Source of the DNA: an uncultured Spirochaetota bacterium
Lineage (GTDB): Bacteria > Spirochaetota > Brevinematia > Brevinematales > JAOACQ01
NCBI GenBank assembly: GCA_963768055.1
Contig: CAVYGN010000001.1
Coordinates: forward strand, 224,001-288,000
Reading direction: 5' to 3'
DNA: 64,000 nt
Part shown: positions 18,699-28,475 of the stretch, in pieces
Layout of the letters: every line of letters begins with the position of its first letter
Position numbering within the stretch: the stretch's first letter is position 1
Position numbers and translations under genes: made by a program
The notes under the pieces: generated by a model
Seen by the model: the letters and a program-made list of their open reading frames with translations, nothing else
The model's database searches: none
What the model was told of the DNA's origin: nothing

Positions 18699-19169
18699 TT
18701 ACTTGAAAATATCTTCTTTAGATACAAGCTTGCAGGTTGTGATTTCCGGATATGCCCTATCCTGTAAAACCTCTTCCAGAGTCGGCCTTCCGATCCAAAC
18801 GCCCATCGATATCGATATATAAACATAGTAAGATTCGCCCTCTTTCACATCCATGAGTATTGAGCTCTCTGCCTCCGAGGCCATCTTCGACCAGAAACGG
18901 TATTTGCCGGGAGTGACGATAAGAGGATAGTAATAACCGTTTTCGATTTTTACGAATTCTTCTGTACTATCGTTTTCTTTTATACCCGCATCAACGGAGT
19001 GACCAAACATAGACCAGGGCCTGTAAAAATAAACAACAGCCTTCCCGGTTTCAATCGGGGTCGCTTTTATAAAAGCCGGCCCTGTTGCGGGCATGCCGCA
19101 GCTGTTTAGAATAAAAAATACCGCGGTAATTGTCATAAGCAGGATTATCGATTGGAATTTTTTTAACAT
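18699..19169 (-). CDS. Lipoprotein, DUF2846-like
   Basis: Signal peptide with LNSC lipobox; KAVVYFYRP...NGYY...PGKY pattern. Confidence 0.7.
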   Translation of the reverse strand: MLKKFQSIILLMTITAVFFILNSCGMPATGPAFIKATPIETGKAVVYFYRPWSMFGHSVDAGIKENDSTEEFVKIENGYYYPLIVTPGKYRFWSKMASEAESSILMDVKEGESYYVYISISMGVWIGRPTLEEVLQDRAYPEITTCKLVSKEDIFK

Positions 19170-19367
19170 AAAACCTCCTATAATAAAATTAAATAAAATA
19201 ATTTTCTTCTTTAAAATATATACATATTACAACAGTCGTAGTATTGTAATAAAGTCATGAAAAAATTTCAAATAAATAAATTTATGTTAAAAAATATATT
19301 GATATTTATAATATATAAATTATAATGTCTAAGCTATTAGAAGGATATTTAACGGTAGGAGGATTTT

Positions 19368-19982
19368 ATGCAGTTCAGACCTTTTGAGAATGGGATCGAA
19401 GTGAACGGGCAGACTGTATTTTCAGTCGTGGACGGGCTTGGGCATTTCAAAAGTATCGCTAAAAACGTTCTTTTATCGGTAGGGATCGGTACTGAGGAAA
19501 ATGGGGAGTACAAGATAAACATGGAAGGATGGTACTCTCATGACAACTGGCTGAAAGCGTTCGAGAAAATAGCAAAAGAGATCGGAGATTTTACATTAAA
19601 GCAGATAGGCTTGAAAATTCCAGAAAACGCCAAATTTCCACCCTGGGTTAAAGACATCGACAGCGCTATTCAATCTATAGATATCGCATATCACATGAAC
19701 CACAGGAAAGAGGGCCTGGTCCTGTTCGATGTTAACACGGGAGTAATGAGAGAGGGGATCGGGCACTACGGTTACCAGAAGATCCCGGACCAGAATATGA
19801 TTATCAGCGAGTGCAAGAATCCTTATCCCTGCGCCTTCGATGAGGGGATCATAACTACAATGGCGAAAAAATTCGAGATTTCTGCCAGTGTTTCCCATGA
19901 CGACTCAAAGCCCTGCAGGAAAAACGGGGCCGACAGCTGCACATACATTATAACCTGGCGTCCCTCGGTGAGCATGGCTTAA
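19368..19982 (+). CDS. Conserved hypothetical protein, V4R/H-NOX-like fold
   Basis: NPYPCAFDEGII and CRKNGADSCTY Cys pattern typical of V4R-like domains; AGGAGG RBS. Confidence 0.55.
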   Translation: MQFRPFENGIEVNGQTVFSVVDGLGHFKSIAKNVLLSVGIGTEENGEYKINMEGWYSHDNWLKAFEKIAKEIGDFTLKQIGLKIPENAKFPPWVKDIDSAIQSIDIAYHMNHRKEGLVLFDVNTGVMREGIGHYGYQKIPDQNMIISECKNPYPCAFDEGIITTMAKKFEISASVSHDDSKPCRKNGADSCTYIITWRPSVSMA

Positions 19983-19994
19983 AATTTCATAAGC

Positions 19995-20780
19995 CTAGGC
20001 CTGGTCCGCAAAGCTCCACCAGGAAAACGTTCCGAATAAACCGGCGGCGACCGCGGCGGAATAAATGATGTAACTTACAGTTCCCAGCCGGGCGTTTTCC
20101 GGACCGGCTATTCCTATGTAATATGCAGGGATGGCCCAGGGAAAATACTGGCCGTAACCCATCACCGATGATAAATTTGTTAAAGCGATGGTCAATATCA
20201 GGAAACCGATGGGGGGCAGAAAACCGCGCCCGGCGCTTGCAAAAAAAGCTACCGGCGTAATAAGAAGGATGATCATTGAACTTCCTGCCGCATAATCGGC
20301 AATCCATCCTACTAAAACTACGGGGTTCCAGCCCGGTAAAGAGAGCAATTGCCCTGTCAACAGCCAGAAGGGAAATATTATAGCCGCCAGTAGCAGGCAC
20401 CATATTGACGCCGCGATAAATTTTGACAGTACGATCGTATGCCGGGCGACAGGCAGAGCCAGAAGATCCTTTACGGTATGATCCGAATATTCCCTGCCGA
20501 ATATCCAGATCGTAACAAAACCGAAGCCGAGCAAACCCGCTATTGCCGTTACCTGTACAAGCATCATGTGATAATTCATCCAATCTGCTTTTCCAGCCGT
20601 AATTGCCGCTTTTGTTCCTATCAGGCCGTATTTCTTCGCGGATTCCGGATCTTTCATAATAAACATCATAAAACCGACAGCCAGTATAACAAAGAGCATA
20701 AACAGGATGGATACCCAGAAAATTTTAGATTTCAGTATTTTGAGGGCCTCCGCCCAGAGAGAAGCGGTCAAGCCTTTCAT
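19995..20780 (-). CDS. ABC transporter permease (BcrB/lantibiotic-immunity type)
   Basis: 6 TM; FGREYSDHTVKDLLALPVAR motif; YFPWAIP. Start at ATG 20780 overlaps the ATPase stop. Confidence 0.85.
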   Translation of the reverse strand: MKGLTASLWAEALKILKSKIFWVSILFMLFVILAVGFMMFIMKDPESAKKYGLIGTKAAITAGKADWMNYHMMLVQVTAIAGLLGFGFVTIWIFGREYSDHTVKDLLALPVARHTIVLSKFIAASIWCLLLAAIIFPFWLLTGQLLSLPGWNPVVLVGWIADYAAGSSMIILLITPVAFFASAGRGFLPPIGFLILTIALTNLSSVMGYGQYFPWAIPAYYIGIAGPENARLGTVSYIIYSAAVAAGLFGTFSWWSFADQA

Positions 20781-21712
20781 TGTATGCCTCCGTTCATCCC
20801 GACGGTCATTCCGACCGTCCTTAGAAAATAGGTTTCCAGGTCTTCTTCTTCGAGTTTCAGCATTACGGGAGGGCATCCGGCATGAACTAAAAGTTCGGAA
20901 ATCATTTCAGGATGGCTTAAAGCCTTTCCGCCTTTCAATTCAAGAACGCCATCCTCATTTAATTGAAAAGAATGCCCCTCCTTTTCCAGTGCCGCACCTG
21001 CCGCGTTTATATCAAGGGCCTTTATGAAAAGGCTCCTGCGCCTGTACAGGTCGAGCTTATCCGTGTCTACTTCCTGTATTATGCGTCCTTTATGGATGAT
21101 CCCGATCCGTGTAGCAAATTTCGATATCTCCCCCAGTATATGGCTTGATATAAAAATAGTCGTTCCATGGTTATGAGAAAGGTCTATCATCAGTTCCCGT
21201 ATTTCGGCAATTCCGGCCGGGTCAAGGCCGTTGGCCGGTTCGTCAAGGATCAAAATACCGGGATTGTGGATCATCGCTTTGGCGAGGCCCAGGCGCTGGG
21301 CATTTCCCAGAGATAGGTTTTTCGCCTTTCTATTCCGATACTGGACAAGCCGGAGTTTTTCCATGACCTGATCGACGCTTTCCCGGCTTTTTAAAAAACG
21401 GAGCCTGCGGACAATTTCAAGGTTTTCATAAACAGTAAGGTCAGGATATGAAAATGGGATCTCCACAAGGTATCCCGTATCCTTCCATAATGAAGTATCG
21501 CCCGCTCTGACCGGCTTGCCCTTAATATAAACAGCTCCCGAAGAGGGGCTTATCATACCCAGAAGCATCCTGATGGTCGTTGTTTTCCCGGCGCCGTTCA
21601 ACCCCAGAAAGCCGTATATTTCACCCTTTCTGACGCTGATGGATATATCATCCACAGCGGGTACCCTGCCGAAATTCTTCGACAGGCTGTCTGTTTTGAT
21701 AATCTCTTCCAT
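20777..21712 (-). CDS. ABC transporter ATP-binding protein (BcrA-like)
   Basis: GLNGAGKTT, LSLGNAQRL, LILDEPANGLD, ISSH. Confidence 0.92.
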   Translation of the reverse strand: MEEIIKTDSLSKNFGRVPAVDDISISVRKGEIYGFLGLNGAGKTTTIRMLLGMISPSSGAVYIKGKPVRAGDTSLWKDTGYLVEIPFSYPDLTVYENLEIVRRLRFLKSRESVDQVMEKLRLVQYRNRKAKNLSLGNAQRLGLAKAMIHNPGILILDEPANGLDPAGIAEIRELMIDLSHNHGTTIFISSHILGEISKFATRIGIIHKGRIIQEVDTDKLDLYRRRSLFIKALDINAAGAALEKEGHSFQLNEDGVLELKGGKALSHPEMISELLVHAGCPPVMLKLEEEDLETYFLRTVGMTVGMNGGIQ

Positions 21713-21729
21713 GTATATTAAACGCTCCT

Positions 21730-21946
21730 TTAGTCCGCTATAATAAGATAGCCGGCAAGCATATCGATTAAAAGCTCCTTTGTTCCTTCAAAGTCAATTT
21801 TTCCGATATCCTCGTGATGCATAATAAAATAAAACAGCGACAAAAAAAGACCGCTCAGGGCTTTCAGGTCAATCCTCCTGATCCAGCCCTTTTCCATCCA
21901 TGGGGTAAACAGCTTCGCTAAATCTCCGAAATTGCTATCCGCCGTT
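21730..21946 (-). pseudogene. 3' remnant of a TetR-family regulator (HTH lost)
   Basis: WMEKGWIRRID...HHEDIG...TKELLIDML resembles TetR C-terminal domains; the 5' end is replaced by peptidase-derived sequence. Confidence 0.5.
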
Positions 21947-22047
21947 TCAATCGAAGGTAAGGGTTTCCTGATCACGGAGTTTACGAACCCGTAGGTAATC
22001 CAGCCGTTGCCGCCGAAACCGTATTGTCGAATTTAGCCCCCAGGGGA
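21947..22047 (-). pseudogene. Collapsed remnant of a second C1-peptidase gene copy
   Basis: Encodes PLGAKFDNT (peptidase residues ~40-48) joined to GFGGNGWITYGFVNSVIR / ETLTFD* (cf. intact GWISYNFLNSVIREALTFN*), with a 1-nt deletion. Confidence 0.75.
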
Positions 22048-23319
22048 TCAATGGGTCATTACTGACAGGCGGCCGCTGTAACCCCCGTCGGAAAAAGCGA
22101 CGTACGGGGTAGTGCCACAGACCGCCAGGGATGCGTAAGCCGAACCCCCCCATGAAAAATCCGGAAGGCCTACAGCCTGCCATGAAGATCCCGAATATTC
22201 CATTACGGTGACGCTGTTGACGGTCTGGCCGTTCGCGCTGTTTAGATTCATCTCGTCGATAAAACCTATGAAGGTATTGCCGGCGCTGTCGAAAGCCAGG
22301 CTGACGCTGTTGGCATAGGAGTTGTATATTGGACAGTTGCCTATGTAACACCACAGTCTGTTATTAAGCACTGAAACGCCGCCCCAGACAATTTCGTTTA
22401 AAGCCGCGTAAAGGTATCCGTCTTTGGCATTTACGGCTATAGCAGGGTACTGGGCCTGGTTATGGCCTATAGAAATAATGAATTCGGAACTCCATGAGGA
22501 AGAGGCGGTATTGCTTACAATAGCCGCGGGAAGGGTGGCAACGCTTAAATCGTAATATGCTACATATATATTGCCGCCGCCGTCTATGGCCATCGAAGTG
22601 TAAGCCGCCGCTCCGGGAGTTACGCCTGTTCCGATGGAAGACCATGAAGTGCCCGATCCGGAATACTTCATCACGGTTGCCTTGCCGCTGTTGGCCCCGT
22701 CACTGTAAACGATATAGGGTGTATTATTTTTATCGAGTTTGATGCAGGTATAGGCAGCCTTTCCAGCGGAGACCGTACCAATAGAAGACCAGGTGGTTGG
22801 GGTGCTGATATTGCATTGCATTACCGTGGCCTTGCCGCCGCTGGCGTAATCCTCGTAAACCACGTAAAGAATATTGGGAGTTGCGTTAGTGTCGATCGCG
22901 AGCGACACCCAGTCGGCCTGGCCCGCCGATATACCGGCGCTGTAGGTGCTCCCGCCTGCATACGACCAGCTTCCGCTGCTATATTCCATGACCAGCAGCT
23001 TTCCGCCTATGCTCGAATCCGAGAAGGCCGCGTAAAGATTGCCGGAGACGTCAAATGCGGCCGAAGTATATTTCGCCCTTCCGGGGGAAAAACCGGGCGC
23101 GCCGACATAGTTCCAGCCTGAATTCACAGGAGGCGTCCAGGGCGTTATCACAGTCGGGGTAGGATTGTAGCCGGAACTTGAACTGGAACTCGAGGATGAA
23201 CTCGAACTCGATCTTAAACTCGAACCTCCTTGATCCGATCCGGAACCCGGGGAATTCGAGCAGGAAAACATGAAAAACAAAAGTATAAAGACCGATAATG
23301 GGTAATTAGCAGTCCCCAT
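22048..23319 (-). CDS. Surface lipoprotein with Ser-rich linker and repeated beta-propeller-like blades (copy B)
   Basis: MFSC lipobox, poly-Ser, repeated SLAxD/PYxxYSD/GKATVM/W..VG units. Confidence 0.75.
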   Translation of the reverse strand: MGTANYPLSVFILLFFMFSCSNSPGSGSDQGGSSLRSSSSSSSSSSSSSGYNPTPTVITPWTPPVNSGWNYVGAPGFSPGRAKYTSAAFDVSGNLYAAFSDSSIGGKLLVMEYSSGSWSYAGGSTYSAGISAGQADWVSLAIDTNATPNILYVVYEDYASGGKATVMQCNISTPTTWSSIGTVSAGKAAYTCIKLDKNNTPYIVYSDGANSGKATVMKYSGSGTSWSSIGTGVTPGAAAYTSMAIDGGGNIYVAYYDLSVATLPAAIVSNTASSSWSSEFIISIGHNQAQYPAIAVNAKDGYLYAALNEIVWGGVSVLNNRLWCYIGNCPIYNSYANSVSLAFDSAGNTFIGFIDEMNLNSANGQTVNSVTVMEYSGSSWQAVGLPDFSWGGSAYASLAVCGTTPYVAFSDGGYSGRLSVMTH

Positions 23320-25374
23320 CAAACCCTCCGCAGCGGTCATGCCGGAATTTTCAATTGAAGGTAAGGGCTTCCCTGATCACGGAATTTAAAAAGTTATAGC
23401 TTATCCAACCGTAGCCGCTTATGCCGTAGCCTGTAGTCCACGAGTTTACGAACTTGAACGCCCCTAGCGAATCGTCATAGCCTACGAGGCAGACGGCATG
23501 CCCGCCCCTGAAATAGCTGTATACATTGTAATAAGTTATCCCGCCTACAACTATCGTGGCGTTATTATAGGCGTTTGTCGTATCGTAAACCGGGTTTGAA
23601 GAGCTCAGGAGGTCGAAATCAGGCGTGTAGACCATAAAAGCTATCACGACCGGAGTCCCCGCCGCGAGGAGAGTTTTGATAGTGCCGGCGTCCTGGTTAA
23701 CGAACTCCCAGCCCATCTGGGGGTATTTGCCTGCCGTTGTTTTCGGAATTTGGGACCAGCTCGAATTATCGTAAGGAAAATCGTATAAATCGAAATGGTC
23801 GCGGGTGTCGCAGCCGTTAAGCATTATCAGGCTGAAGGCGTCGGAGGGGAAGGAGCCGTTGTCATAGCCCGTATTTATCTGGTAATAAAGCCAGGAAGGA
23901 GAAAACTCGTCCGCCAAAAGGGTAGGGTCCCAACCTTTTGCAACCGTCTCTATATAGGTTAAAAGGTAATAAGCCGTGGCCCAGGCGACGCAGTCCCCGT
24001 TATTTCCCTGGTCTCCGACCGGGGGCATATTGGCCGAGAGGTCGACGCTTGCCGGAAGCGTCCCCGGGGCTTTCAATGTCAGTTTTTTGGCAGCAAAAGA
24101 CGCCGAAGCGGTGTTGTCGAATTTGGCACCCAGGGGGTGCAGGCCCGATAATGTTTTATTGGACGGCCCGCTGTTGTCCGATGGGGAAAACGCCGAACAG
24201 GAAGCCAGGATTACAAAGAAGGCCGGTAAAATGCATTTAAATATGATTTTCATAATAACCTCTAAATTTATCAGTGGGACATTACTGACAGGCGGCCGCC
24301 GCAGCCCCCGTCCGAAAAGGCGACGTACGGGGTATTTTTATAAACCGCCAGGGAGGCGTAAGCCGAACCACCCCATGAAAAATCGGGAAGGCCTACAGCC
24401 TGCCATACTCCTAATCCGCCCGAAAACTTCATAACGGTGACGCTGTTGACGGTTTTACCGTCGGAGCTCCCGGTGTTCACCTCGTCGATAAAACCTACGT
24501 AAGTGTTATTGTAGCTGTCCCAATCAAGGCTGATGCTGTCCGCTTCGGTATAGTACGCGGGCAGGCTGACGCTGATATAGGACCACGAGCCAAGACCGTA
24601 ATTCTGCACCGTGACACCCCCCAGAAAAAGTTCGCTTAAAGCAATGTAAACTAGGCCGTCATGGGCATTCAGGGCTAAAGCGGGGTATTGGGCCTGGGTA
24701 TTGTCATATGAAACAGGAGTTTCGGCGCTCCACACAGCGCCGTTATAACTTACAACAGCCGCTATGAGGTTGTTGGCCAGATCGCAATAGGCCACAAATA
24801 TATTGCCGCTCCCGTCTATCGCCATCGTAGTGTAAGACGCCGCTCCGGGAGTTATGCCTGTCCCGACTGCCGACCAGATTCCTCCGGAATGCTTCATAAC
24901 GGTGGCCTTGCCGCCGTTGGCCCCATCGCTGTAAACGATATAGGGTGTATTATTTTTATCGAGTTTGATGCAGGTATAGGCAGCCTTTCCAGCGGAGACC
25001 GTACCAATAGAAGACCAGATGGTTGGGGTGCTGATATTGCATTGCATTACCGTGGCCTTGCCGCCGTTGGCGTAATCCTCGTAAACCACGTAAAGAATAT
25101 TGGGAGTTGCGTTAGTGTCGATCGCGAGCGACACCCAGTCGGCCTGGCCCGCCGATATACCGGCGCTGTAGGTGCTCCCGCCTGCATACGACCAGCTTCC
25201 GCTGCTATATTCCATGACCAGCAGCTTTCCGCCTATGCTCGAATCCGAGAAGGCCGCGTAAAGATTGCCGGAGACGTCAAATGCGGCCGAAGTATATTTC
25301 GCCCTTCCGGGGGAAAAACCGGGCGCGCCGACATAGTTCCAGCCTGAATTCACAGGAGGCGTCCAGGGCGTTAT
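22704..25374. repeat. Near-identical direct repeat of ~445 bp (22704-23148 vs 24930-25374)
   Basis: Aligned by eye at offset 2226 with only a couple of substitutions; the 3' ends of both genes are also similar. Confidence 0.85.
23351..24253 (-). CDS. Papain-like (C1) cysteine peptidase lipoprotein
   Basis: LASC lipobox; DQGNNGDCVAWA, GGHAVCLVGYDD and NSW catalytic motifs. Confidence 0.9.
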   Translation of the reverse strand: MKIIFKCILPAFFVILASCSAFSPSDNSGPSNKTLSGLHPLGAKFDNTASASFAAKKLTLKAPGTLPASVDLSANMPPVGDQGNNGDCVAWATAYYLLTYIETVAKGWDPTLLADEFSPSWLYYQINTGYDNGSFPSDAFSLIMLNGCDTRDHFDLYDFPYDNSSWSQIPKTTAGKYPQMGWEFVNQDAGTIKTLLAAGTPVVIAFMVYTPDFDLLSSSNPVYDTTNAYNNATIVVGGITYYNVYSYFRGGHAVCLVGYDDSLGAFKFVNSWTTGYGISGYGWISYNFLNSVIREALTFN

Positions 25375-25536
25375 TATAGTCGGGGCCGGATTGTAGCCTG
25401 AACCGGAGCTCGAGGATGAACTTGACCTTGAACTCGAACCGAAACCCGAGCCGGGCCCCGCACCCGGCGACTGCGGGCATGAATAAAAAATCAATAAAAT
25501 TATAAGGATTGAACAAAGATTAATTACACGGCGCAT
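24271..25536 (-). CDS. Surface lipoprotein, paralog of 22048-23319 (copy A)
   Basis: FYSC lipobox, poly-Ser, near-identical N-terminal half to copy B. Confidence 0.75.
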   Translation of the reverse strand: MRRVINLCSILIILLIFYSCPQSPGAGPGSGFGSSSRSSSSSSSGSGYNPAPTIITPWTPPVNSGWNYVGAPGFSPGRAKYTSAAFDVSGNLYAAFSDSSIGGKLLVMEYSSGSWSYAGGSTYSAGISAGQADWVSLAIDTNATPNILYVVYEDYANGGKATVMQCNISTPTIWSSIGTVSAGKAAYTCIKLDKNNTPYIVYSDGANGGKATVMKHSGGIWSAVGTGITPGAASYTTMAIDGSGNIFVAYCDLANNLIAAVVSYNGAVWSAETPVSYDNTQAQYPALALNAHDGLVYIALSELFLGGVTVQNYGLGSWSYISVSLPAYYTEADSISLDWDSYNNTYVGFIDEVNTGSSDGKTVNSVTVMKFSGGLGVWQAVGLPDFSWGGSAYASLAVYKNTPYVAFSDGGCGGRLSVMSH

Positions 25537-25619
25537 TATGCCTCCTTTGATCGTTATTATCATGAAACAATATATAAATTATACGTTGTTTTAACAAAAA
25601 AGATGAAATTTTGACTGAA

Positions 25620-25892
25620 TTATTTTAATGAAGCGTATGTAACCTCAATCTTTATATCATGCCCTTCCGGAAGGATCACATAACCTTCCTTAGGATTGAA
25701 GTTCGGCCAGTCTTTGCCGCCGATAGCAACGCTTTTTATAACAATATGGGGGTCTTCAGTCAGCATTACGTAATGCCTCTCGCCCGCTTTCGCGGAGCCT
25801 ATCCTGAAATAAAGCGATGGCTCCTTTTTTTCCACGTAAAGGCTGAGGTAAAGATAATTGAAAAGGGCATGTTCCATGGTGCGGTAAGCGGA
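25620..25892 (-). pseudogene. Probable C-terminal fragment of an AGE-family (N-acylglucosamine 2-epimerase-like) protein
   Basis: SAYRTMEHALFNYLYL...IKSVAIGGKDWPNFN...LPEG resembles C-termini of that family; in-frame stop directly upstream, no RBS. Confidence 0.35.
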
Positions 25893-25975
25893 TTATATTT
25901 GAAATTTTCAATTCAAACATTCTAACATTAAATCGCCTTTTATAATAAACAGGAAAGGAGCCGGACGATAAGGCA

Positions 25976-28285
25976 TTAACAGGGCTCAATCCGCTGGCCG
26001 GCTTTTTTTTTCATCTTATCCTTATACAGCTCGCTGTCGGCGATCGCCATAATTTCGCTGAAGGTCAGAGGGTTCTTATGATCGAATTCAGCGGCGCCGA
26101 TGCTTATCGAGAGTTTATAAGGCTTCCCGCTCTTAAGATTGAATTCGTTAAGATTTTTACACAGCTTGTTTTTGATAAGGTCCAGATTCTCGCTGTAAGA
26201 ATCTATGACGATTACCGTAAACTCATCGCCGCCCATGCGTGCGACAATATCGGACTTTCTCAGGCAGTCATGAAATATTTGAGAAGTCGCCTTAAGCGCT
26301 AAGTCGCCTTCCTTATGTCCGTAATTATCGTTGATCGGTTTTAAACCGTCCATATCCGCGAAAAACACAAGGAAGTTTTTCTTATTCCTTATGGCCAGTT
26401 TTAACTGCTGTTCTCCAAGCTGAATGAATCCCCTCCTGTTGTATAATCCGGTCAATTCGTCCTTTAGAGAGAGATTGTAGAGGTTGTCGTTAATTTGTTT
26501 AAGTTCATCCAGGGTATCGCTTAATTTTTTCTCGGTCTTTTTCTGGTCCTTGAATATAAGCGCCCCTTTTATCGAGCTCGATATCTGGCCGCTTAATGTC
26601 GAATAGACAAGCCCTTTCGCAGTATCGGAATCGAAGATGATAAAGCCGAATATTTCATTGCCGAAAAAGAGGCTTTCGATAAGGAGGCTGTATCTTTTTC
26701 CTTTAACTCGCAGGGTTTCCGGCAGTAATTCAGAGGAAATGTACATCCTGTCGCTGTCGCCTATTTCTATAGGTCCATTATTATAGGCAAATATCAATCT
26801 TGCCCATTCCAGGGGATCTTTATCTTTCGAGGAATAATTTTGGGGTTTATCGAAAAAGGATATATAGCATGAATTAATGCCGAGGGATGGAAGCTCCTTT
26901 TCTATCGTATACATCAATTTGTCGATGTCGAACATTGTGATCAGCGTCTGGCTGATGCGGTATAAAATGGTCGCCTGTTTTTCCCCCATTACACGCTGGT
27001 ATAATGTCCTGCGCTTGACAGTTTCGCCGATCAGGATGGTTGAAGAATACCAGATATCGGAAGCCTTGTCCCTGGTCTCGTAATCCGTCATTAAAAACTG
27101 GGTCTGCGCTTTAAGTGACGCCAGGATTCCATGCCAGACCGAGATATCCATTTCATCGCTCGCGGATTCGCTTAATATGTCATTCAGGGTATTCAGGAAA
27201 ACATTTTCCCCTTCTTTAGCATTAAAAAGCTGTCCGGTAAAGGCTGACAGGAGCCTTTCGACCCGGATTTTAATTTTCCTTGTATTAAGACCAGCCGCTT
27301 TTACCGATTTCAGGGCTTCGCTTATTATATACTCTTTATGTTTTTTCAAGGCTATCCTGATTTCTTCGATGGTTAATACGGGAATGTCTGCTTGAATTTC
27401 AGTTTGTACGTAATCCGTGCATCCGCACGAATGCCTGATTATTATATCTGTTTCAGGAGTTTTGGCGGACGGTATTGAAACCCCTGCTATTTTTGCCATT
27501 ATCATATCGACTGCAATTTCACCTAATTTCTCAGTAGGCTGCTTTACAGTGGTAAGGGGCGGGTCGAACGCGTTAGCCTCTTCAATATCGTCGAAACCGG
27601 TAACTGCTATCCGTCCGGGTACCGGTATTTTTCTCCTTTTTAATTCCGATATGACCCCGAAAGCCATATTATCATTTGCGCAGACTATTGCGTCAGGCTT
27701 TTTTTTATTTTCATCGAAGATTTTCCTGACGGCATCGATTCCGGAGGGTTGAAGAAAATCCCCAACGGCGACAAGGCTCTCGTCGTAAATTATGCCGTTA
27801 TTTTCAAGCGCGTCCCGATAAGCGCGAAACCTTTCATCAGCCTCGGGGATGCCCTCCGGGCCTCGTACGAAAGCTATGCTTCTATACCCATGTGTTTTGA
27901 CGAGGTGTTCGGTGAGTTTCTTTATGCCGTCGTAATTCTCCACGTAGATGCTCGGTATTTTATCCAGCGGAGTGCCTATGCTGATCGTGGGTATAGGACT
28001 GAAATTTTTATGAAATTCATAAAGCTTTTCTATGCTTGTGTATGAACCGATCGAACCGGTAATAATAAGGCCGTTTATGTCCTTCCTGCCTATCAGTTGG
28101 TAGATATTATTCCGCTGGTATTCAAATTCATTATTCGGCGAATACTCGAGGGTGCCTCCGACAAAGCATATCAGGTTTGTCTTATGTTTTTTAGAGCCTT
28201 TGACAACCCCTTCCCAGATAGATGTCTGGTAATTGCCGAAGCTTACAACATTATCGATCAGGAAACCTAGAGTTATGACACCCAT
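25976..28285 (-). CDS. LacI-type ligand-binding domain + GGDEF diguanylate cyclase
   Basis: No HTH; DAIVCANDNMAFG, TGFDD, PPLTTVKQP, RHSCGC; C-terminal RKSD...RMGGDEF. Start moved to MGVITLGF. Confidence 0.88.
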   Translation of the reverse strand: MGVITLGFLIDNVVSFGNYQTSIWEGVVKGSKKHKTNLICFVGGTLEYSPNNEFEYQRNNIYQLIGRKDINGLIITGSIGSYTSIEKLYEFHKNFSPIPTISIGTPLDKIPSIYVENYDGIKKLTEHLVKTHGYRSIAFVRGPEGIPEADERFRAYRDALENNGIIYDESLVAVGDFLQPSGIDAVRKIFDENKKKPDAIVCANDNMAFGVISELKRRKIPVPGRIAVTGFDDIEEANAFDPPLTTVKQPTEKLGEIAVDMIMAKIAGVSIPSAKTPETDIIIRHSCGCTDYVQTEIQADIPVLTIEEIRIALKKHKEYIISEALKSVKAAGLNTRKIKIRVERLLSAFTGQLFNAKEGENVFLNTLNDILSESASDEMDISVWHGILASLKAQTQFLMTDYETRDKASDIWYSSTILIGETVKRRTLYQRVMGEKQATILYRISQTLITMFDIDKLMYTIEKELPSLGINSCYISFFDKPQNYSSKDKDPLEWARLIFAYNNGPIEIGDSDRMYISSELLPETLRVKGKRYSLLIESLFFGNEIFGFIIFDSDTAKGLVYSTLSGQISSSIKGALIFKDQKKTEKKLSDTLDELKQINDNLYNLSLKDELTGLYNRRGFIQLGEQQLKLAIRNKKNFLVFFADMDGLKPINDNYGHKEGDLALKATSQIFHDCLRKSDIVARMGGDEFTVIVIDSYSENLDLIKNKLCKNLNEFNLKSGKPYKLSISIGAAEFDHKNPLTFSEIMAIADSELYKDKMKKKAGQRIEPC

Positions 28286-28475
28286 AAATACCCCATCACA
28301 ATATTTTACCGTTTTATCGGAAATTTTACAATTGCGGAAGTGAAAAATAATTTGTAGCTTTTCAAACTCAGGCTGAATCAAATTAGGGCTGTAACAATGA
28401 ATTTATTGTGTTTTTTTTAGAATTGGAATAAACTTTTTCGGGTTTGGGGTAACATTTTTTTATTCGGAGATATTT

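Noticed and set aside
23160..23225. GAACTC/GAACTT-type short tandem repeats (also 25400-25445)
   Set aside because: They encode the poly-Ser linkers of the lipoproteins, not an independent repeat array.
21947..25374. Diversity-generating retroelement (TR/VR pair)
   Set aside because: Differences between the repeats are not adenine-specific and no reverse transcriptase is present.
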